A program made the position numbers and the translations under genes. From an uncultured virus (IMG/VR IMGVR_UViG_3300009605_000022) (lineage: Duplodnaviria; Heunggongvirae; Uroviricota; Caudoviricetes): a stretch of DNA of 20,000 bases. Positions 13,651 to 20,000 of the stretch are shown in pieces. The stretch lies in the IMG/VR virus record IMGVR_UViG_3300009605_000022. One strand, 5' to 3'. Within the stretch, counting starts at the first letter, position 1, and every line of letters begins with the position of its first letter. The notes beneath the pieces are model-generated. The model was not told the DNA's origin, did not search any database, and saw nothing but the letters and a program-made list of their open reading frames with translations.

Positions 13651-15307
13651 AAGCACCATTACGGCATCAATAACCGGAACTGGGCTCCATGATTCAAGAG
13701 AGTTAGAGAATATATTCGAAAAGTGTAGACAAAGTCCTGACAAAATGTTGAAGTTGGTCAGAGCTTTTTGCGAAACGTACTTAATGGACCAAAAGCAACG
13801 ACCTCTTAAACTTAGACCTTTACAGGAAGATATCATTGTAAATGCATTGACCTATCCCGAGAATGGAAAGCAACGTAAGTTAGCAATCCTAGCGCCAAGG
13901 GGCAGTGGGAAATCATTCGCACTTTCTGTAGCTGTATGTATCTATATGTTTTTTAATAGATTTAGAGACTTAGTGTTTATCTTGGCTCCAACTGAGGACC
14001 AAGCAGCTCTAATATTCAATTACTGTTATCGTCATTTTGCTGATAACAAATTCTTGGATAGCTTAGTAGACGGGTATCGTTTTCATAACAAGCCCAATAT
14101 AACACTTAAGGGGGGCACTGTAATGCGCAGAGCTCCATTAGCGCCTACTAATCAAGGACAAGCTATACGTGGACAACATCCAACTTTCTTAATAGTTGAC
14201 GAGTCTCCGCTTATAGATGACCGATTGTTCATTGACAATGTAGAGCCTGCTATTGTTTCTAATAAAGCTCCTTTTATAAACTTGGGTACGCCTAAGTCAA
14301 AGGAGAATCATATGTATCGTTATCTTTATGATGACGCTTATGAACAGACATTTACACGCATGCATTATACATGGAAGGATGCCATTAAAAAGGGCAACGC
14401 TTATGACCCACCGTACACCGAGGAGGAGATGCTCGACAAAATGATAGAGTGGGGAGAGGATTCCATATATTGGAGAACTGAATATGAATGCGAATTCGTT
14501 GAAAGTGTATCTAATGTATTCCAACCAGAAAAGGTGAAAGCATGTTATGAGGATTACGAACTTACTAAAATCGATGGAGAAGTCAGAGGGCAGGGAGGCA
14601 GTAATATCACTGTTGCTGTTGACATTGGCAAATCTGTTAATTCTACTGTTATTAGTGCATGGCGTCTTGAAAAGTCTGATGCCGAGAATATTGCAAGAAT
14701 GGTATACTGTGAAGAAATTAATGCACGAACTGGCGGACACGACATACCATATCAGCGTAGACGTATCATGGACGTGGCTCTGGGTCTTAGTGCCGATAGG
14801 GTTATTATTGACGCTACTGGTATTGGTGGTGCGATTGAACAGGACATCAGAAGAGGATGTGTAGATAATGGTATTCACTTTATTGGTTTTGTTTTTACGG
14901 GCGGTCCTAAAGGAACTAAAACACAGATGTACAGGGATTACCAATCGTTTATCCAACAAGGAAGAGTAAAAGTACCTAATCCTAAACTTTTAAATAAAGA
15001 CGACGCAAAAGTAATAAACAAATGGACCAGAGAACATTTCGATTTAGAATACACTATGGATGCAGCTCAGAAGACTGAAAGGATATCTGCACCTAGTAAT
15101 AAACATGATGATTACTGTGATAGCTCAGCAATGGGTATACACGCAACTTTGAGTATGTTACCATCTCAAGGAACATTTGCTTCAGCGTCTGTAAACAGAC
15201 CTAGAAGAGTTGAAAGAGCGGAAAGACCAAATCACACTGGAGGTCCACTTTTTGCAACAACAAGACGTAGAAATCAGCTAAATAAGCCTAGTTATACCAA
15301 TTTGTGA
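13592..15307 (+). CDS. terL: Terminase large subunit
   Basis: LRPLQ adenine-binding motif, Walker A APRGSGKS, Walker B FLIVDE, GTP coupling motif, nuclease acidic motifs AVDIG, IDATG, HDDYCD. Confidence 0.95.
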   Translation: MTTTKLPQGVAPPSPVKSHKSTITASITGTGLHDSRELENIFEKCRQSPDKMLKLVRAFCETYLMDQKQRPLKLRPLQEDIIVNALTYPENGKQRKLAILAPRGSGKSFALSVAVCIYMFFNRFRDLVFILAPTEDQAALIFNYCYRHFADNKFLDSLVDGYRFHNKPNITLKGGTVMRRAPLAPTNQGQAIRGQHPTFLIVDESPLIDDRLFIDNVEPAIVSNKAPFINLGTPKSKENHMYRYLYDDAYEQTFTRMHYTWKDAIKKGNAYDPPYTEEEMLDKMIEWGEDSIYWRTEYECEFVESVSNVFQPEKVKACYEDYELTKIDGEVRGQGGSNITVAVDIGKSVNSTVISAWRLEKSDAENIARMVYCEEINARTGGHDIPYQRRRIMDVALGLSADRVIIDATGIGGAIEQDIRRGCVDNGIHFIGFVFTGGPKGTKTQMYRDYQSFIQQGRVKVPNPKLLNKDDAKVINKWTREHFDLEYTMDAAQKTERISAPSNKHDDYCDSSAMGIHATLSMLPSQGTFASASVNRPRRVERAERPNHTGGPLFATTRRRNQLNKPSYTNL

Positions 15308-15349
15308 CAAAAGCTTTATATACTATATTAACGTTAATTATAAATAGCC
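15308..15349 (+). promoter_or_regulatory. Promoter AAAAGC-TTTATATA for the head operon
   Basis: TATA box 15315-15322, 27 nt before the ATG; same core as the type-B promoters. Confidence 0.7.
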
Positions 15350-16654
15350 ATGTCGTTGATAGATAATATTAGGCGACGCTTTGCTCTAACAGGAAGCGCA
15401 CCAGCCTTTGAAAAAGATGAGCCCCGCTCTTATGGGGACGGAGTTATCAAACGTATTGCATTAAGTAAGGGAGGTACCTCTTTTCAACAAAAGAAGTATG
15501 AACCTCATATTGGACGTCCAAGAACTTACATGAATGTATACCTAGCTGACCCTATCGTTCGTAGTCTTATTGATTTACCATGTTTTTATGCGGTAAAAGA
15601 TAACTATGACATAGTCACAGCTGATGATAGCTTAAGAGAAACAATAGAAACCATGTTCCGAGATATTAATATAGAGAATATATTATACGGGTGGTTGAGA
15701 AATGCCCGAGTTTTTGGTAATGGATACTTGGAGTGGACCGGCGATAACTTAATTGTCCGTTCTAGCCAAAACATGTTTGTTAAAAGAGACAAGCATGGAC
15801 AAATAGAATACTACTATCAGGATTTAGGAGATGATAAAGATTCTATATATTTTGAAGAAGATGAAATTATTGAGATAAAAAATAATGCATTCGATGATTA
15901 TGCATATGGATTATCTGACATTCATCCTATTCTGTATTTAGTAGACCTAAAAGATTATGCAGAGCGTGATATAGGTGCAGCTTTAAATAAGTATGCTAAC
16001 TCACGTTATGATATCTCAGCAGGTTTACCTGACATGCCTTATGGTCCAGATAAGATTAACGAAATAGTTGATGCTTTTAATAATCTGGCACCCGGAGAAG
16101 ATATTATACATGGGAACGATATAATAGTAAAAGAACTCCAAGGTACACAAAGAGCATTTGAGTATGGTAAATACACAGATGATTTGTTAGATAAAATACA
16201 CATGGCTTTAAAAGTTCCTAGAACAATGTGGACTGACCCAGATAAGGCACGTCCTATTTTCGAACCATATGTTAGATTCTTACAAACTATGGTTGAGTCT
16301 GCAATGAACTCACAGCTTATGCCTCAGTTAGAAAATGGTGAAGCTAAATTTAAGTTCAGGCAAATTAACGTTGATGATTCATTCACCAAAGCAAAAACTG
16401 ATATGATTTATTTATCAGAAGGAGTATTGTCACCCGGTGAAGTAAGAGAAGAGAGAGGATTAGACCCTGAAGGAGTTGCAGAACTAGACATGGAAACTTC
16501 TGAAGATATCAAAGCTTCTCCAATCAAAGAAGAACAAGGTGATAAGAATGTAAATATTTCTGGAGGAAAGAACCAAGATAAACAGGAAGAATCCGCCAGA
16601 GCGCAGAACAGAGGTAATAAACCTTCCGCAAACGCAACAGGAGATAGAAAATGA
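15350..16654 (+). CDS. Portal protein
   Basis: Position after terL; VFGNGYLE, YGLSDI, ALKVP, GVLSPGEVREERGL motifs. Confidence 0.9.
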   Translation: MSLIDNIRRRFALTGSAPAFEKDEPRSYGDGVIKRIALSKGGTSFQQKKYEPHIGRPRTYMNVYLADPIVRSLIDLPCFYAVKDNYDIVTADDSLRETIETMFRDINIENILYGWLRNARVFGNGYLEWTGDNLIVRSSQNMFVKRDKHGQIEYYYQDLGDDKDSIYFEEDEIIEIKNNAFDDYAYGLSDIHPILYLVDLKDYAERDIGAALNKYANSRYDISAGLPDMPYGPDKINEIVDAFNNLAPGEDIIHGNDIIVKELQGTQRAFEYGKYTDDLLDKIHMALKVPRTMWTDPDKARPIFEPYVRFLQTMVESAMNSQLMPQLENGEAKFKFRQINVDDSFTKAKTDMIYLSEGVLSPGEVREERGLDPEGVAELDMETSEDIKASPIKEEQGDKNVNISGGKNQDKQEESARAQNRGNKPSANATGDRK

Positions 16655-17919
16655 CATACGAAAAATGTGTAACAACTGTTAGCAAATCGCTAAAAGAACG
16701 CGGTCTTGAAGACCACGAAACAAAAGCTCAAAATATGTGTAACATATGGGCTGAGGAAAATGGCGTAGAGCGAGAGTTCGGCAGGTCAACATCAAAAGAG
16801 CCAAGAAGGAGGTCGTTTGCTTTATCTAACGTAGAAGCAAATGATATGACATTTAACGACGGCAACGACGGTGTGGAGTCTGTGAACTTCCCCGTAATAG
16901 CCATTACGTCCGGCCCTCATGAATATGAGGAAGACGGACAGCAAAGTAAAGTTTACATCGAAGGTAGCACATTGAAAGATGCTTTAACAACTTTTAATGA
17001 CCTTCCTATGTATGTAGACCATCAACGAACACCAGAGGATTTAATCGGCATGGCTACTGACCCTCAGGTGATTGAGATGGACAACGGAAAGACTGCCGTA
17101 AAAATGATGGCTACTGTTTCATCACAGTATCCACGTGGGGCAGAAGTAATGGAGAAAGTGAAGGAGGGGGATATGACGCATGTCAGCATCGATTGGTTCT
17201 CAAATGATGTTGATGTCATGGGCGATACATTCGCAACCAACATACGCCCCACAGAGGTAAGTTTCATCGACAATAAATCGATGGACCCCGTCTGTAAGGA
17301 ATGTACAATAGAAGGGGAATGTGAACCACATGCAGAAGATGAACATGATGATGACCACGATTGTGGTTGTGATGGTGAACACAAGGCATGTAAATGCGAA
17401 GACGGGAACACAGAGGTAGAAACTATGACAGAAGAAACCAACGTAAAATCCGATGCAGAGAATTTGGTAGAACGCGAGTTCGCCTCTCTACGAGCAAAGC
17501 TAGACGAAGCTTTAGCTTCTAACAAGGAAGTTGAATCTCAGTACAATGAAGCCCTTAAGACAATTGAGGCTTTCAAAGAATCTGAGGAAAAACGTGCCGC
17601 AGAAGAAGCAGAAATTCGAAAAGCAAATGCTATAGAGGCAATTATATCGAAGGAACTAATTTTTGGTAGTGTATCAGAAGAGTCCAAAGATACTCGAGTC
17701 GAAGAATTATCCGCATGGGGTGAAGATAAGCTGACTGGATTCAGCGAGGCTTTAGCAGTAATGCCAGAGCCATCAGTAGAAGTCGAAAGAAGTTTCGGCA
17801 AAGGCAAAGCAAGTGAAGATTCACCTGTAGAAGCCGAAGAAACCGAGCGCAAGTTCGGAGTCTCAGTTAAAGATGGACGTATCGTCTTAAACAGAGATGT
17901 ATTAGAAGGAGATAATTAA
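16651..17919 (+). CDS. Prohead protease fused to an acidic coiled-coil scaffold domain
   Basis: PMYVDH...IG, HVSIDW, EVSFID protease-like motifs; C-terminal coiled coil; position before the capsid genes. Confidence 0.8.
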   Translation: MTYEKCVTTVSKSLKERGLEDHETKAQNMCNIWAEENGVEREFGRSTSKEPRRRSFALSNVEANDMTFNDGNDGVESVNFPVIAITSGPHEYEEDGQQSKVYIEGSTLKDALTTFNDLPMYVDHQRTPEDLIGMATDPQVIEMDNGKTAVKMMATVSSQYPRGAEVMEKVKEGDMTHVSIDWFSNDVDVMGDTFATNIRPTEVSFIDNKSMDPVCKECTIEGECEPHAEDEHDDDHDCGCDGEHKACKCEDGNTEVETMTEETNVKSDAENLVEREFASLRAKLDEALASNKEVESQYNEALKTIEAFKESEEKRAAEEAEIRKANAIEAIISKELIFGSVSEESKDTRVEELSAWGEDKLTGFSEALAVMPEPSVEVERSFGKGKASEDSPVEAEETERKFGVSVKDGRIVLNRDVLEGDN

Positions 17920-17921
17920 TT

Positions 17922-18314
17922 ATGGCAACAGAAATTTTATTGAACGACGGTGGAGCACCAGCACGTATTTTACCATACGTAGCAGCTGAAGCTATCACTG
18001 CCGGAGATGCATGCACCATTGATGCCAGTGGTGAATTGCAAAAAGCAGACACAGGAGATGCGTTATTTAAATTCGCATATGCCGGGGTTGCACTAACAGA
18101 CATAGCATCAGGAGCTGTAGGCTCTTTGATAACAGGTGTTGGAGTAGTCTTGAACATTAACTGTGCAGACGTAGCAGCAGGCTCAGCTATGATGATGGGA
18201 ACTACCGCAGGTAGATTACTATTAGCAACTAACGCAGCAGCAGCAGCTAAAGCACAAGCAGTAACGCTAGAGAACAACAGCGCAGCAGGGTTGACAAAAT
18301 GTCAAACCCTCTAA
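17922..18314 (+). CDS. Capsid decoration/cement-like protein
   Basis: Ala/Gly-rich 130 aa (AAEAITAGD, GVALTDIASG) between protease and major capsid gene. Confidence 0.7.
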   Translation: MATEILLNDGGAPARILPYVAAEAITAGDACTIDASGELQKADTGDALFKFAYAGVALTDIASGAVGSLITGVGVVLNINCADVAAGSAMMMGTTAGRLLLATNAAAAAKAQAVTLENNSAAGLTKCQTL

Positions 18315-18325
18315 GGAGTTAAACA

Positions 18326-19432
18326 ATGCCAACAGACGCAACCGGTGGAATACTAACTAGCCTAAATACAGGTGCAGTCAATGGAGGTCTAGGAGAACGA
18401 GTTCTTGTAGACTACAAAGATGTAATAATGGACTACAAGGTCACAGACCTTCCAGTTATGCAATTCTTTGCTGACCCAATGACGACCGATACAGGCGGTA
18501 ATATTGATATTACTTTCGCAAGACCTAGCATGAAGCTAGAACAAATAAACGAGGGAACAACCCCTGAATACCAACACACTAAACTAAGGTCCGAGAGAAT
18601 CGCAGTTAAAGAGTGGGGTATAGCAATAGGTGTTACCCGAAGAATGATTGAAGATTCAAGGTTCAACGAAGTTGAAATGGCTTTGAATGAAGCACGCAGA
18701 GCTGTAGACAGACACTTGACAGAACATGTTGTTAAAGTAGTATTTGGTTCAGACGCTGCCGATGCAACATTTGGAACTATTGCAATTACCGCTGCAACCA
18801 CAGAAGCAACAATCACAACGTTCGCAACTAACCCATCATCAGGTTTCCTTGGTGACGGAATAGTAGCAGCAGATGTAGACAGTGGAAGCTCACGTGTTAA
18901 TTCGTATGGTAATGAAACCGACGCAAGATTAATCCGTAAGATGTACCACAACAGTGCCGCAGGAGCAGCAGCAGGTAATTTCGCTTTAGCTGATGTCCCT
19001 AAAGGTATTGACCACATCGCTACGCACGGATACAACGCAACTCACATTTTCTTATCCCCAGCACATTATCACAAATTATTAAACATTGGTGATTTCGTAA
19101 CGGCCTTCACGACCGCTAGTGGTGGAGAAGCAGGAGATGCAGCAAATCCAACAACTACTCTCAACAACCCTGAGAACCCTTTCAACACAACCGCTAAGAC
19201 TGGAAAAGTCGGAAGCTTATATGGACTTGATGTTATAGTCAACGCCTATGTACCTTCAGACAGATTCGGTGTTTTCGACTTGACTGTTAAGCCAATGGCT
19301 TACGTAGAAAGACGCCCATTGACTGTAGAAGAAGCCAATCCCGGATTCGGAATTGTCGGCTCTTACATGTCTATGAGATATGGTTTAAAGATTGTTAGAC
19401 CAGAAACTGGATTTATCGTAATTAACGCTTAG
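18326..19432 (+). CDS. Major capsid protein, HK97 fold
   Basis: INEG, KEWGIAIGVTRRMIEDS, HIFLSP, GSLYGLDVIVN, RYGLKIVRPE; position. Confidence 0.92.
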   Translation: MPTDATGGILTSLNTGAVNGGLGERVLVDYKDVIMDYKVTDLPVMQFFADPMTTDTGGNIDITFARPSMKLEQINEGTTPEYQHTKLRSERIAVKEWGIAIGVTRRMIEDSRFNEVEMALNEARRAVDRHLTEHVVKVVFGSDAADATFGTIAITAATTEATITTFATNPSSGFLGDGIVAADVDSGSSRVNSYGNETDARLIRKMYHNSAAGAAAGNFALADVPKGIDHIATHGYNATHIFLSPAHYHKLLNIGDFVTAFTTASGGEAGDAANPTTTLNNPENPFNTTAKTGKVGSLYGLDVIVNAYVPSDRFGVFDLTVKPMAYVERRPLTVEEANPGFGIVGSYMSMRYGLKIVRPETGFIVINA

Positions 19433-19458
19433 ATTGAACTAACTTTAATTCAAGGTTC

Positions 19459-19479
19459 GGAGGGTACCTCAAACCCTCC
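19459..19479 (+). terminator. Hairpin GGAGGG/CCCTCC after the capsid gene
   Basis: Inverted repeat in the intergenic gap; no U tract, so it may be a stabilising or processing hairpin instead. Confidence 0.4.
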
Positions 19480-19502
19480 ACCCAGTACTGGAGCGTTCCT
19501 AA

Positions 19503-20000
19503 ATGTCAAAAAATTATTCTAAAGTTTTAAGAAGTACAAACTCTTTTGGAGGTACAAAAAATTACATAAGGAGCGAAGTCGCTGGCGGTACTGGCTCACA
19601 AGGTTCTCAAGGTATTCAAGGTTCTCAAGGTTCTCAAGGTACGACAGGTACAACAGGAACACAAGGTAATACAGGTACACAAGGTAATACAGGAACACAA
19701 GGAACTACAGGAACACAAGGAACTACAGGAACTCAAGGTACAACTGGTACTCAAGGAACAGCAGGTTCTGGTGGTGGTTCAGGTACTCAAGGTACACAAG
19801 GTACTCAAGGTACACAAGGTACACAAGGAACTACAGGAACACAAGGAACTACAGGGACACAGGGAACTACAGGAACACAAGGAACTACTGGAGCTCAAGG
19901 TACAAATGGAACACAGGGTACTACGGGAACTCAAGGAACTCAAGGAACACAGGGAACTGAGGGACTATTCGGTGGTAACAGTATAGAATTTAATTATAGC
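19503..20000 (+). CDS. Collagen-like (Gly-X-Y) fibre protein, partial
   Basis: Open frame from ATG 19503 to the window end (not in the ORF track): MSKNYSKVLR...GSQGSQGIQ...(GTQ/GTT/GNT)n; GGAG SD. Confidence 0.88.
   Translation, partial: MSKNYSKVLRSTNSFGGTKNYIRSEVAGGTGSQGSQGIQGSQGSQGTTGTTGTQGNTGTQGNTGTQGTTGTQGTTGTQGTTGTQGTAGSGGGSGTQGTQGTQGTQGTQGTTGTQGTTGTQGTTGTQGTTGAQGTNGTQGTTGTQGTQGTQGTEGLFGGNSIEFNYS

Noticed and set aside
5680..19035. Minus-strand ORFs over the rightward genes, and 14547..14864 (+)
   Set aside because: They lie within well-supported genes and have shadow-frame composition.
19771..19986. ORF-track 71-aa repeat protein (HKELQE...)
   Set aside because: It is an alternate frame of the collagen-like gene starting at 19503.

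Overview
This is a segment of a tailed (HK97-fold) dsDNA virus genome. Archaeal-type TATA/BRE promoters, leaderless starts and a halovirus-like head module point to an archaeal host. A magrovirus of marine Poseidoniales is my best guess, and that is inference only. 1-3.6 kb is transcribed leftwards and is built as a quasi-periodic (~750-920 bp) array. Each unit has a 21-bp palindrome, two alternating promoter types, micro-ORFs (several Cys/Zn-finger types missed by the ORF track) and a terminal hairpin. Two cargo slots hold long, highly structured non-coding segments (~110-540 and ~1645-1980) that share a covarying 28-nt-loop domain, a candidate new viral ncRNA family. A GIY-YIG gene and a phased A-tract spacer (3.66-3.8 kb) mark the divergence point. 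Rightwards lie a modification operon (DUF1599-like, GH130-like propeller, radical SAM-FkbM fusion, TPR, 2OG-Fe(II) oxygenase, Cas4/RecB-like nuclease), then membrane and very basic small proteins. These are followed by the putative small terminase, large terminase, portal, protease/scaffold, decoration protein, major capsid protein and the start of a proline-free collagen-like protein. I found no GATC anywhere in the window.
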